Program-made: the position numbers and the translations under genes
Part shown: piece by piece, positions 1 to 8,847 of the stretch
How the letters are laid out: each line of letters starts with the position of its first letter
Position numbering within the stretch: position 1 is the stretch's first letter
The notes under the pieces: model-generated
The model's database searches: none
The model's input: the letters and a program-made list of their open reading frames with translations, nothing else
Told to the model about the DNA's origin: nothing
Source of the DNA: Candidatus Dormibacteria bacterium
GTDB lineage: Bacteria > Chloroflexota > Dormibacteria > DASZGP01
Direction of reading: 5' to 3'
Assembly (NCBI GenBank): GCA_046262455.1
Contig: JBHEMS010000061.1
Span: forward strand, 51 to 64,050
DNA: 64,000 nucleotides

Positions 1-14
1 AGAGAACACCTCCA

Positions 15-302
15 TCAGGAGTCGGCCGCCCCTGTCGTGGGCCGGGAAGACAACAGATTCTGCCATGCGGCCTCGTCGAGGCTCACCTTCAACGCCCGCT
101 CGACAGCCTTGCGGCGGTGGGCCAGGGTCCAGCACTCGGGGCCCTGGCAGAGGTAGGCGCCCCGACCATTGAGCTTACCTGTACGATCCACCAACACCTC
201 GCCCGAGGCGCCCGTCACCAGCCGCACCAGGTCCCGCTTGGGGCGCTCGGTGCGGCAGGCGACACAGGTGCGCGAAGGCACGTGGGAGCCACTCGGAGAC
301 AC
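15..302 (-). CDS. ylxR: YlxR/DUF448 family RNA-binding protein of the nusA operon
   Basis: ORF 15..398 contains the family signature SRTCVACRTERPKRDLVRLV...NGRGAYLC and lies directly downstream of nusA. I place the start at GTG 300-302, 7 nt after the nusA stop. The track start at 398 would overlap nusA by 89 nt. Confidence 0.8.
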   Translation of the reverse strand: MSPSGSHVPSRTCVACRTERPKRDLVRLVTGASGEVLVDRTGKLNGRGAYLCQGPECWTLAHRRKAVERALKVSLDEAAWQNLLSSRPTTGAADS

Positions 303-309
303 CCCGGCG

Positions 310-1368
310 TTATTCCCCGGAGGGGATGCTTTCAACCGCGACCGGCGTCGCGATATCGAGGCCTGCATCGCCGCCCTCCTCCGGCCCCTCATCCACACCC
401 TTGATGTCGATCCTCCACCCCGTCAGCCGGGCGGCGAGGCGAGCGTTCTGGCCATCCTTGCCGATCGCCAGGGAGAGCTGACCGGCGGGCACCAGGACGG
501 TGGCCGTACGGGTGTCAACGTCGACGCTGACCGAGTTGACCTTGGCCGGACTGAGGGCGTTCGCCACCAGCATGGGAGGATCTTCCGACCAGGGCAGGAC
601 GTCCACTCGCTCACCTCCGAGCTCGTCGACGACAGCACGGATCCGTGCCCCCTTGGGCCCCACGCAGGCCCCAACGGGGTCAAGACCCGACTCCGCCGAG
701 GCCACCGCGAGCTTGGTTCGCAGACCGGCTTCACGGGCCAGTGCCTTGATCACCACCTGGCCGCTCATGATCTCGGGCACCTCGAACTCCAGCAGGCGCT
801 TGACCAGGCTCCGGTTGGTGCGCGACACCACGTGGCTCGGGCCGCGCCGTCCCACCCGCGGCTCCAGCAACAGCACCTTCAGCCGCTGACCCGGGCGGTA
901 GGTCTCGTGGGGGATCTGCTCCTCCGGGGGCAGGAGCGCCTCGGTGCCCCGCATCCCGTCGGCGCTCTGCTCCGTCTTGACGAACACCAGGTCGCCGTCG
1001 GTGCGGTCGACGATGGCCGCCGCGAGCTCCCCCTGGTGCTGCAGTGCGTCCTTCATCACCTGCTCGCGCTCGGCGTCGCGCAGCCGGCCCAGGATCACCT
1101 TGCGCGCGGTGGTGGCGGCCGCGTCACGAAAGGCGTCGGCGGGGATCGGCTCGTATCCACGTTCCGGGTGGTGCAGCCCGGCCTTCAACTCGCCTGACTC
1201 GACGTCGATGCGCACCTCGACCTCGCCGTCCGGCTCGTGGCGCTGGCGATAGGCCTCAGCCAGGGCCTCCTCGATGACCTGCAGGAGGCCGTCCTTGGAG
1301 AACCCTTTCTCCTGCTGAAGCTGGTCCAGGGCCCCCAGTAGCTCTCCGAAACCGACGCCTGCGCTCAT
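310..1368 (-). CDS. nusA: transcription termination/antitermination factor NusA
   Basis: 352-aa ORF with the N-terminal LLGALDQLQQEKGFSKDGLLQVIEEALAEAYRQ. It has KH-type segments GPKGARIRAVVDELGGERVDV and AIGKDGQNARLAARLTGWRIDI. The rimP-nusA-ylxR order is conserved, and there is an ATGA overlap with the rimP stop. Confidence 0.96.
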   Translation of the reverse strand: MSAGVGFGELLGALDQLQQEKGFSKDGLLQVIEEALAEAYRQRHEPDGEVEVRIDVESGELKAGLHHPERGYEPIPADAFRDAAATTARKVILGRLRDAEREQVMKDALQHQGELAAAIVDRTDGDLVFVKTEQSADGMRGTEALLPPEEQIPHETYRPGQRLKVLLLEPRVGRRGPSHVVSRTNRSLVKRLLEFEVPEIMSGQVVIKALAREAGLRTKLAVASAESGLDPVGACVGPKGARIRAVVDELGGERVDVLPWSEDPPMLVANALSPAKVNSVSVDVDTRTATVLVPAGQLSLAIGKDGQNARLAARLTGWRIDIKGVDEGPEEGGDAGLDIATPVAVESIPSGE

Positions 1369-1862
1369 CGCTGTCTGTGGCCTATTTTGTCCCCGCCGCC
1401 AAATGCGACGGCGAGCCGGGCGGTCACCACCTGCTCGAGGGGAACCCGGGTCTGCGCCTCGCGCGCGCCGGTCACCGTGACCGCGTCCTCCTCGACACCG
1501 CTCAAGGCGCCCTCCACAGCGGTCTCCGAGTCGCCCTGACGGAAGCGGATGTTGACGCGCTGGCCGAGGAAGCGGTGGTAGTCGGCGATATCGCGGAGGC
1601 GCCGCTCGGCCCCGGGCGACGAGACCTCCAGGTCGAGCTGCTCCAGCCCTTCCCCGGCGGCATCAAGCGCCGGCCGCAGCGTACGCGACACGCGCATGCA
1701 GGTCTCTATGTCCACGCCCCCGGGGGCCTCGATGAACACCTTCAGGACCTGGCGCGGCGGCGCTCCTGCCACGGTGAACTCCCAGAGCTCGCAGTTGCTG
1801 CTCATGACAGCCGATTCCACCAGCTCCTTGACCCTCTCCTCGATTTCCGTGTCCTGCGCCAA
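1365..1862 (-). CDS. rimP: ribosome maturation factor RimP
   Basis: RimP-like EERVKELVESAV...VFIEAPGGVDIETCMRVSRTLRPALD...SSPGAERRLR. I move the start to TTG 1860-1862 (MAQDTEIEERV). The track GTG at 1964 would overlap secF by 77 nt and adds a non-homologous Arg/Pro-rich extension. Confidence 0.85.
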   Translation of the reverse strand: MAQDTEIEERVKELVESAVMSSNCELWEFTVAGAPPRQVLKVFIEAPGGVDIETCMRVSRTLRPALDAAGEGLEQLDLEVSSPGAERRLRDIADYHRFLGQRVNIRFRQGDSETAVEGALSGVEEDAVTVTGAREAQTRVPLEQVVTARLAVAFGGGDKIGHRQR

Positions 1863-1887
1863 GGTGGCTATTCTGCGCGGTTTCGGG

Positions 1888-2829
1888 CTACCGCTGGGAC
1901 AGCTCCCAATTGCGCCACGCCACCAGCAGGGGGCTGGCATTGAAGATCGAGGAGTACGTCCCACTGATGATGCCCACCAGGAGGGCCAGCGCGAAGCCCT
2001 TGATGGAGGTGGGGGCCAGGAGCAGCAGCGCCAGCAGGACGAAGATGACCGTCATGGAGGTGTTGACCGACCGCGCCAGGGACTGCACGATCGACAGGTT
2101 GACCACGGCTTCGAAGTTCTGACGCAGACGCTGGCTGCCACCCGTGCGCAGGTTCTCGCGAATCCGGTCGAAGATCACGATGGTGTCGTGGACCGAGAAG
2201 CCGACCACCGTCAGGGCGGCGGTGACGAACAGGATGTCGATCTCCCCGATCGCCAGGTTGAAGACCCGTCCCAGGATGGAGAACACCCCGGTGAGGACGA
2301 ACACGTCGTGCAGCAGCGCGATGATGGCGCTGACGGCGAACTTCCACCGACCGATGCCTGGGACCGAGAAGCGGACCGCCAGGTAGATGACGATGAAGAG
2401 CGACGAGATGGCAATCAGGATCGCCGCCGTACCGACGAGCTGAGAGGCGACCTGGGGTCCCACCGAGTCGAAGGTCTCCACCGCGGGCCCGCCGCCGGGG
2501 GCGGGGCCGAACCTGGCATTCAGGTCATCGCGCACCTTCTGGCTCTCGGACTTCTGGCCGGGAGCCGCCGTGATCCCCATGGGCTTGGTGGTGACGATCG
2601 CCCGGTTGTTGGTTGCATCCTGAACCACGGGGTCGACGCCGAACTTGTCGAGCTCCTTCTGGATGTCGGAGAAAGTGGTCCCATTCTTGTAATGGATGGT
2701 GATGCGGTCGCCGCCGGTGAAGGCGATGCCCAGGCGGAAGCCGAGGGTGGCCATCGAGATGATCCCGGGGATGATGATCAGCAGCGACAGCAGGAAGAAC
2801 CAGTTGCGCTTGCCAAGGATGTCCTTCAC
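1888..2829 (-). CDS. secF: protein translocase subunit SecF
   Basis: 313-aa multi-TM ORF beginning MKDILGKRNWFFLLSLLIIIPGIISMATLGFRLGIAFTGG. It follows secD with a 4-nt overlap. Confidence 0.94.
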   Translation of the reverse strand: MKDILGKRNWFFLLSLLIIIPGIISMATLGFRLGIAFTGGDRITIHYKNGTTFSDIQKELDKFGVDPVVQDATNNRAIVTTKPMGITAAPGQKSESQKVRDDLNARFGPAPGGGPAVETFDSVGPQVASQLVGTAAILIAISSLFIVIYLAVRFSVPGIGRWKFAVSAIIALLHDVFVLTGVFSILGRVFNLAIGEIDILFVTAALTVVGFSVHDTIVIFDRIRENLRTGGSQRLRQNFEAVVNLSIVQSLARSVNTSMTVIFVLLALLLLAPTSIKGFALALLVGIISGTYSSIFNASPLLVAWRNWELSQR

Positions 2830-4328
2830 TGCAGACGCTCGACCGCGAACAGCGCCGGCTTGCGGGTGCTGTGGATGCGGATCGCCGCGGCCAGGATGAT
2901 CTGGGTCACGTAGACCGAGGAGAAGAAGCTGATGATCACGCCGATGCCAAGGGTCAGGGCAAAGCCCTTGGCCACGGTGAAGCTCGGCAGGAAGGGCAGG
3001 AGCCGGTCGTGCAGGAAGAGCACCAGGCAGGTGATCAGCGTCGAGATGTTGGAGTCGCGGATGGCGGGGAAGGCGCGGCGCTCGGCGGCCTCCGCCGCAG
3101 CCGCCAGCGAGCGGCCGGCGCGGAGTTCCTCTCTCAGGCGTTCGAAGATCAGTACGTTGGCGTCCACCGCCATGCCGACGGACAGCACGAATCCCGCGAT
3201 GCCCGCGAGCGTCAGCGTCACCGGGATGAACTTGTACACGGCGAGGGTGACGGCGGCGTAGAACGCCAGGGCCAGGCTGGCGACCAGACCGGGCAGCCGG
3301 TAGTACGCGATCATGAAGATGACGACGATGGCCAGGCCGAGGGCGCCGGCGAGGAAGCTGCGGCGCACGGAGTCGAAGCCCAGGGTGGCGCCGACCGAGT
3401 TGACCTCGACAATGGCAACCTTGCCGGGCAGGCGGCCCGCCGCCAGCGTCGAGGACAGGTCGTTGCGATAGGTCGCATCGCTGCTGATGTTGCCGCCCGA
3501 GATCTGGAAGCTGCCCTGGTTCAACACCCCCTGGACGTTGGCGTTGTTGATCATCTGGTTGTCCAGGAAGATCGCCATCTGGTTCTCAGTCGTGCCGGGC
3601 GTGGCCGCGGCGAGGGGGGTCGTGATGTTGCCCAGCAGGGTGCTGCCCTGGTCGTTGAGGGTGATGCTGACGATCGGCTGGTTGCTGGTGGAGTCGGTGG
3701 TCGACACGGCGCTGGTGACCATGCTGCCGTCGATGCCGGTCTCCTTGGGAAGGTAGCCCGGAGGTATGCATTCCCGGCGCAGGGTCGCCGCCACGCACTT
3801 ACCCCCCTCGACCGCCGGCACGTACTCAGGCGCCACGATGGGGTCGCCGGTGGCGTCGTTGGGCACTGCCAACTTTCCACCCGCTGCCGGCTGCGCCTTG
3901 ACCCAGGTGCGAAAGGTGAGGCGGGCCGTCTTGCCAATGAGGGCGGTGGCCCGGTCGATGCCGACACCGGGAAGCTGGACGACGACCCGACGGTCACCCT
4001 GGGCGGCGACGGACGCCTCGCTGACGCCGATGCCGTTGACGCGCTTGTTCATGACCTCGACCGTGGACGCCTGGGCCGTGGGCAGGTCGGTCCCCCGCGG
4101 GAGCGAGCGTGGGTCGATCTCCAGCACTATCTCGGTGCCCCCCTGGAGGTCCAGGCCCTTGTGGATGTAAAGGTCCTTCCCGGCGAAGTTGGGGAACTGG
4201 TTCTGGGCCAGTCGGGTGCTCAGCGCGATGTGGCTTGTCAGGCGCCAGATGTAGGAGTAGCCATCGATGAACATGGCGATAACCGCCACCAGCACGGCTG
4301 CGCCCACAATCCACCGGTTCGCTCGCAC
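2826..4328 (-). CDS. secD: protein translocase subunit SecD
   Basis: 500-aa ORF with an N-terminal TM segment. It carries GLDLQGGTEIVLEI, a large periplasmic loop, and the C-terminal six-TM block GIAGFVLSVGMAVDANVLIFERLREE. Confidence 0.94.
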   Translation of the reverse strand: MRANRWIVGAAVLVAVIAMFIDGYSYIWRLTSHIALSTRLAQNQFPNFAGKDLYIHKGLDLQGGTEIVLEIDPRSLPRGTDLPTAQASTVEVMNKRVNGIGVSEASVAAQGDRRVVVQLPGVGIDRATALIGKTARLTFRTWVKAQPAAGGKLAVPNDATGDPIVAPEYVPAVEGGKCVAATLRRECIPPGYLPKETGIDGSMVTSAVSTTDSTSNQPIVSITLNDQGSTLLGNITTPLAAATPGTTENQMAIFLDNQMINNANVQGVLNQGSFQISGGNISSDATYRNDLSSTLAAGRLPGKVAIVEVNSVGATLGFDSVRRSFLAGALGLAIVVIFMIAYYRLPGLVASLALAFYAAVTLAVYKFIPVTLTLAGIAGFVLSVGMAVDANVLIFERLREELRAGRSLAAAAEAAERRAFPAIRDSNISTLITCLVLFLHDRLLPFLPSFTVAKGFALTLGIGVIISFFSSVYVTQIILAAAIRIHSTRKPALFAVERLQ

Positions 4329-4388
4329 TCAGCTCTCCCTAAACGCTTGAGACGCCCGCGCCGCCGTCGGGGTGCTGGGCGGTGCGGA

Positions 4389-5447
4389 TTATATCGGTCG
4401 GACCGGTGGCCGTCCGGAACCCGTCGGGGCCTCCAGCCGGGCCTCAACGTACTCCGGGAAGCGCCCCGCGACGATCGCCCGCCGAGCTCCCCGGGCCAGC
4501 TCCAGGGTGTGGTGGAGGTTGTGGATCGTGAGCAGGCGGAACCCCAGGAGCTCGCCGCGCTTGAGCAGGTGGCGCAGGTGGCCCCGCGAGTGCCGCTCAC
4601 AGGCCGCACAGCCGCAGTCTGCCTCGAGAGGCTCGACGTCGGTGGCGAACACACTGTTCATCAGGTTGATGCGCCCGGCGCCCACCAGCGCGGTCCCGGT
4701 GCGTGCCAGGCGGGTGGGCCAGACACAGTCGAAGAGGTCGACGCCAGCTCCGATGGCGGCCAGCATCTCGCGTTCGGTCCCCACCCCCATGAGGTAGCGG
4801 GGGCGATCCGCGGGCAGCACCTCTGTGCAGGCCCGCAGCAGGGGCGCCGCCTCGCTCCCCGGCTCGCCCAGGCTTAGGCCGCCGATGGCATATCCAGGGA
4901 AATCCATGCCCGCGATCGCGACGGCACTGCGCTGCCGGAGCTCGAGGTCGAAGCCACCCTGCACGATCCCCCACAGTTCGGTCGGGCCCCGGCTCCACGC
5001 CTGCCGGCAGCGCTGCGCCCAGCGATGGGTCCTCTCGGTCGCGGCACGGGTCTCATCGACCCCCGCGGGGTAGGCGATGGGTTGGTCGAGCACCATCATC
5101 ACGTCGGGCGCGAGCGCCTCCTGCACGGCGATTGCAGACTCCGGGGTCAGCCTGCGGGCGGTGCCGCCGGCGCTGAAGTCGACCCCCTCCTCCTCCACCA
5201 CCGCCTGTCCGATCCGGGCCAGGCTGACCGCCTGGTAACCGCCACTGTCCGTGAGGAGGTTGCCCGACCACCCGGTCCATCGATGCAGGCCCCCGGCGCC
5301 CACGATCAGCTCCTGCCCGGGGTCCGTCCACAGGTGGTAGGTATTGGCCAGCACCACGCCGGGGGCCAGCCCGGCGAGGTCGACCATGTCGATCGCCTTG
5401 ACCGTGCCGCGGGTGCCCACGGGCATGAAGGCGGGGGTCTCGACCAC
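4389..5447 (-). CDS. tgt: queuine tRNA-ribosyltransferase (true start probably upstream, about 5504)
   Basis: VETPAFMPVGTRGTVKA, DSGGYQ, GIVQGG and the zinc site CDCGCAACERHSRGHLRHL. Coordinates use the first GTG in the track. Family homology continues in frame upstream (ELLAGGATSPRAGLLRLGHG) with no canonical start; see findings. Confidence 0.9.
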   Translation of the reverse strand: MVETPAFMPVGTRGTVKAIDMVDLAGLAPGVVLANTYHLWTDPGQELIVGAGGLHRWTGWSGNLLTDSGGYQAVSLARIGQAVVEEEGVDFSAGGTARRLTPESAIAVQEALAPDVMMVLDQPIAYPAGVDETRAATERTHRWAQRCRQAWSRGPTELWGIVQGGFDLELRQRSAVAIAGMDFPGYAIGGLSLGEPGSEAAPLLRACTEVLPADRPRYLMGVGTEREMLAAIGAGVDLFDCVWPTRLARTGTALVGAGRINLMNSVFATDVEPLEADCGCAACERHSRGHLRHLLKRGELLGFRLLTIHNLHHTLELARGARRAIVAGRFPEYVEARLEAPTGSGRPPVRPI

Positions 5448-5506
5448 GCCATGGCCCAGCCTAAGGAGGCCGGCCCGAGGCGACGTCGCCCCCCCGGCGA
5501 GCAGCT

Positions 5507-6562
5507 CTACGACGGCGCCCCCCTCTCCAGCAACATCGCGTCGCCAAAACTGAAGAACCGGTAGCGCTCCTCGACGGCCTCGCGGTAGGCCGCGAGGATG
5601 CGCTCGCGGCCGCTGAACGCGGAGACCATCACCACCAGGGTGCTCTTCGGGAGGTGGAAGTTGGTGAGCAGCAGGTCCACCTCCTGGAAGCGATGCCCGG
5701 GACGGATGAAGATGTCCGTCCTGCCCGCGTCGGGGTCGGGGTGGCCCGCCGCCCGCCGGGCCGCTGCCGCCTCCAGCGTACGGGCGACCGTGGTGCCAAC
5801 GGCCACCACCCGCCCGCCGGCCGCGCGGGTGGCGTCGATGGCGGCGCGGGCCGCCGCCGGTATGCGGTAGGCCTCGGAATGCATTCGGTGGTCATCCAGC
5901 TCCTCCACTCGGACCGGCTGAAAGGTGTCGAGGCCGACGACGAGCGTGACCTCAGTGTGTTCCACGCCGCTGGCGGCGAGCCCGGCCAGCATCTCGGCGG
6001 TGAAGTGCAGCCCCGCGGTGGGCGCGGCGGCCGAGCCCAGCTCGCGGGCGTAGACCGTCTGGTAACGCTCCGGCTCGGCGAGCTTCTCGTGGATGTAGGG
6101 CGGGAGGGGCATCTCGCCGATCTCGGGTAAGAGCTGGGCGAGCCGGCCGGGCGGAGAGAAGCGCACCCGGCGCTCCCCGCCGGGGTGCTGGTTGAGCACG
6201 TCCGCCCACAGGCCGAAGCGCAGCTGAAGGCGGGTCCCGGGCACGAAGCGTTTCGCGGGCCGGACCAGCGCGTTCCAGGTGTCTGGATCGCCCGCCTGTT
6301 CCAGCAGCAGGATCTCGGCGTCCCGGCCGCGGTGTTCGAAGCGGATGCGCGCCGGGATCACCCTTGTGTCGTTCAGAACAAGCAAATCGCCAGGTTGCAG
6401 CAGGGACGGCAGGTCGCAGAACTGGAGGTGGCGCGGCGGGCCCACGGCCGGGAGGTACATCAGCCGCGAGTCCCCGCGGTGCGGTGGCGGGTGCTGGGCG
6501 ATCAGCTCCTCGGGCAGGGGGTAGTCGTAGTCCTCGAGGCGGCCGCCTGCGACGGCCGTCAA
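5507..6562 (-). CDS. queA: S-adenosylmethionine:tRNA ribosyltransferase-isomerase
   Basis: 351-aa ORF with LEDYDYPLPEELIAQHP...SRLM...VLNDTRVIPAR...LPPYI...AAPTAGLHFT...VGTTVARTLE. The queA-tgt order is conserved. Confidence 0.94.
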   Translation of the reverse strand: MTAVAGGRLEDYDYPLPEELIAQHPPPHRGDSRLMYLPAVGPPRHLQFCDLPSLLQPGDLLVLNDTRVIPARIRFEHRGRDAEILLLEQAGDPDTWNALVRPAKRFVPGTRLQLRFGLWADVLNQHPGGERRVRFSPPGRLAQLLPEIGEMPLPPYIHEKLAEPERYQTVYARELGSAAAPTAGLHFTAEMLAGLAASGVEHTEVTLVVGLDTFQPVRVEELDDHRMHSEAYRIPAAARAAIDATRAAGGRVVAVGTTVARTLEAAAARRAAGHPDPDAGRTDIFIRPGHRFQEVDLLLTNFHLPKSTLVVMVSAFSGRERILAAYREAVEERYRFFSFGDAMLLERGAPS

Positions 6563-7629
6563 ACGAAGAGTTCTGGCTGGTCGCTCCGGGGCGGCGGGGT
6601 GACGCCGAGGTGCTTGTACGCCAGCGGCGTGGCGACGCGTCCGCGCGGCGTGCGAGCGAGGTAGCCGAGCTGCATCAGGAAGGGCTCGAAGACGTCCTCG
6701 ACGGTCTCCCGCTCCTCGGAGATGGAGACGGCGATGGTGTCGATGCCGACCGGGCCGCCACCGTACTTGTGGATCAGCGTCTCGAGGATGCGTCGGTCGA
6801 GCGCGTCAAGCCCCGCCGCGTCCACGCCTAACAGCTCCATCGTGGCATTGACCGCCTCGGCATCGACGCTGCCGCTCCCCCGCACCTGGGCCCAGTCCCG
6901 CGTCCTCCGCAGCAACCGGTTGGCAATCCGAGGCGTGCCGCGCGAGCGCAGCGCCAAAAGCCGCGCACCCTCGTCGTCCACGTCGATCTCCAGGATCCGG
7001 GCGGAGCGGATGACGATCGCCTTGATGTCCTCGGGCTCGTAGAACTCCAGACGGAAGACCGCCCCGAACCGGTCGCGCAGCGGTGAGGACAGCATCCCCT
7101 GGCGGGTGGTGGCACCGATCGCGGTGAAGTGCGGCAGGTTGAGCCGCAGCGACTGCGCGCCCGCACCCTTGCCGCTGACCCAGTCGAACTTGAAGTCCTC
7201 CATCGCGGGGTAGAGCGCCTCCTCCACGGGACGCGCGAGGCGGTGGATCTCGTCGATGAAGAACATCCCGCCGGTGTCGAGGTTCATCAGGATCGAGGCC
7301 AGGGCACCCTGGTGCTCGATCGCCGGCCCCGAGCTGGTGCGGAGGTCGGCGCCCATCTCATTGGCCAGGATGTTGGCGATCGTCGTCTTCCCGAGCCCTG
7401 GCGGCCCACACAGCAGGATGTGCTCGAGCGGCTCGTCGCGGCGCTTGGCGCCCCCGATGATCAGGTCGAGGTTGTCCTTCAGCGCCTGCTGACCGATGAA
7501 CTCGTCCAGGCGCGCCGGGCGGAGTGAACGCTCGAACTCCTCGTCGCCGCTCGATACCTGGGGCTCGAGCAGGCGCGACTCGTCGATGCTCATGTCCTGG
7601 TCATCCCCGGTCGCTAGCTCGATGGCCAT
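6559..7629 (-). CDS. ruvB: Holliday junction branch migration helicase RuvB
   Basis: LRPARLDEFIGQQALKDNL, Walker A GPPGLGKTT and DEIHRL. AGGAG lies 9 nt upstream of the ATG. Confidence 0.97.
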   Translation of the reverse strand: MAIELATGDDQDMSIDESRLLEPQVSSGDEEFERSLRPARLDEFIGQQALKDNLDLIIGGAKRRDEPLEHILLCGPPGLGKTTIANILANEMGADLRTSSGPAIEHQGALASILMNLDTGGMFFIDEIHRLARPVEEALYPAMEDFKFDWVSGKGAGAQSLRLNLPHFTAIGATTRQGMLSSPLRDRFGAVFRLEFYEPEDIKAIVIRSARILEIDVDDEGARLLALRSRGTPRIANRLLRRTRDWAQVRGSGSVDAEAVNATMELLGVDAAGLDALDRRILETLIHKYGGGPVGIDTIAVSISEERETVEDVFEPFLMQLGYLARTPRGRVATPLAYKHLGVTPPPRSDQPELFV

Positions 7630-7661
7630 GTGCTGGACTCCTGCGGTGACGCGTGCTGCGT

Positions 7662-7679
7662 GGCGAACACCGGTTCGCC
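7662..7679 (-). promoter_or_regulatory. perfect 7-bp hairpin in the ruvA-ruvB spacer
   Basis: GGCGAAC-ACCG-GTTCGCC is read directly from the sequence. It sits in an unusually long (105 nt) ruvA-ruvB intergenic region. No U-tract follows it on the minus strand, so it is not an obvious terminator. Confidence 0.3.
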
Positions 7680-7734
7680 TGTCTCATCGTAGCGCGTTGA
7701 TGGGCGGCGCGCCACCTCGCCTGGCCGTCCAGGG

Positions 7735-8340
7735 TCACTTGGGGCGGTCGAGGGCCTTGAGGGCCTTCGAGACGGCCGTCTCCAGGGCTGTGTCATCCGC
7801 CAGGCCCATGCCGGCTACCACCTTGCGGACCTCGACCTCACGGTAGCCCAGCGCGGTCAGCGCCCGGACCGCGCCCTCCACCACGCCACGGCCGCCGGAC
7901 GGGGCCGCTCCGGCCGTCACCGGCTCCGCGAGGTACTCTTCCTTGAGCTTGTCGCGAAGCTCGAGGATCACCCGCGCGGCGGTCTTGGGCCCGATGCCCG
8001 GTACCGTTGCCAGCAGGGCGCGGTCCTCCTGGAAGACCGCCTTCTTGAGTGTCCGGGTGTCGGACTGCGAGATCATTCCCAGCGCCGCCTTGGGGCCGAT
8101 GCCCTTGACCGACATCAGCAATTCGAAGAACTCCAGGTCCTCCATCGACTCGAAGCCGTAGAGCGCCAGCTGGTCCTCCCGCACGTAGGTGTGGGTGAAC
8201 AGCTTGACCTCCGACCCCGCACCGCCCAGCGAGGCCAGCAACCGGCCGGGGGCGGTCACCAGGTAACCGACGCCACCAACCTCCAGCACCAGGCTCTCCG
8301 GTCCCATGTGGGCGATCGTGCCCCGCAGGGTGGCGATCAA
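7735..8340 (-). CDS. ruvA: Holliday junction DNA-binding protein RuvA
   Basis: MIATLRGTI...VLEVGGVGYLV...LFTHTYVREDQLALYGF...LMSVKGIGPKAAL...VPGIGPKTAARVILEL. Confidence 0.96.
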   Translation of the reverse strand: MIATLRGTIAHMGPESLVLEVGGVGYLVTAPGRLLASLGGAGSEVKLFTHTYVREDQLALYGFESMEDLEFFELLMSVKGIGPKAALGMISQSDTRTLKKAVFQEDRALLATVPGIGPKTAARVILELRDKLKEEYLAEPVTAGAAPSGGRGVVEGAVRALTALGYREVEVRKVVAGMGLADDTALETAVSKALKALDRPK

Positions 8341-8831
8341 GAGACCCGGCGCCCGGGCGAGAGCCGCTCGCTCTGCAGGTGGCAGAGGGCGATCGCCACC
8401 GCGTCGAACGCGTCGTCGGGGAGCTTCTCCGGGACGCTGACGAGGGCCCGCACCATCCGCGTCATCTGCGCCTTGCCGGCCTTGCCGTACCCGGTGAGCG
8501 AGACCTTGACCTGCATCGGGGTGTACTCCCAGACCGGTACCCCGCTCTCCTCCATCGCCAGCAGGATAACGCCGCGGGCCTCGGCCACCTGCATGGCAGT
8601 CGTGGTGTTGGAGGCGAAGAACAGCTGCTCCACGGCGGCGGCATCGGGCCGGGCCTTGCCCAGCAGCTCCAGCAGGTCGTGGTGGATGCTGGCCAGCCGT
8701 TTGGGGCCGGGCATCCCCGCCGGTGTGGTGACCACGCCGACGCTGACCAGGTCGCGCCTGCTGCCGTTGCTTTCGATGAAGGCCACCCCGATGGTGGCGA
8801 GGCCGGGGTCGATCCCCAGCACGATCGGCAC
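8337..8831 (-). CDS. ruvC: crossover junction endodeoxyribonuclease RuvC
   Basis: ILGIDPGLATIGVAFIE...EQLFF..N...AMQVAEARGV...DAFDAVAIALCH. There is a 4-nt overlap with the ruvA start. Confidence 0.95.
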   Translation of the reverse strand: MPIVLGIDPGLATIGVAFIESNGSRRDLVSVGVVTTPAGMPGPKRLASIHHDLLELLGKARPDAAAVEQLFFASNTTTAMQVAEARGVILLAMEESGVPVWEYTPMQVKVSLTGYGKAGKAQMTRMVRALVSVPEKLPDDAFDAVAIALCHLQSERLSPGRRVS

Positions 8832-8847
8832 TAGCGGACTGTGACCA

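Noticed and set aside
4329-4388. A missing yajC was expected between tgt and secD, so I looked for a small ORF here.
   Set aside because: The spacer is only 60 nt and has no ORF. The absence of yajC at this locus is a synteny note, not evidence of anything novel.
2871-4877. A 668-aa plus-strand ORF runs across secD and tgt. Similar long antisense ORFs include 169..1197, 9571..10863, 15963..17546, 23550..24803, 37028..38239, 39598..40707, 52611..53843, 60389..61543 and 61559..63067.
   Set aside because: All lie opposite well-supported genes. They have Arg/Gly/Asp/His/Pro-dominated composition and no family signatures. Stop-codon scarcity in GC-rich DNA explains them.
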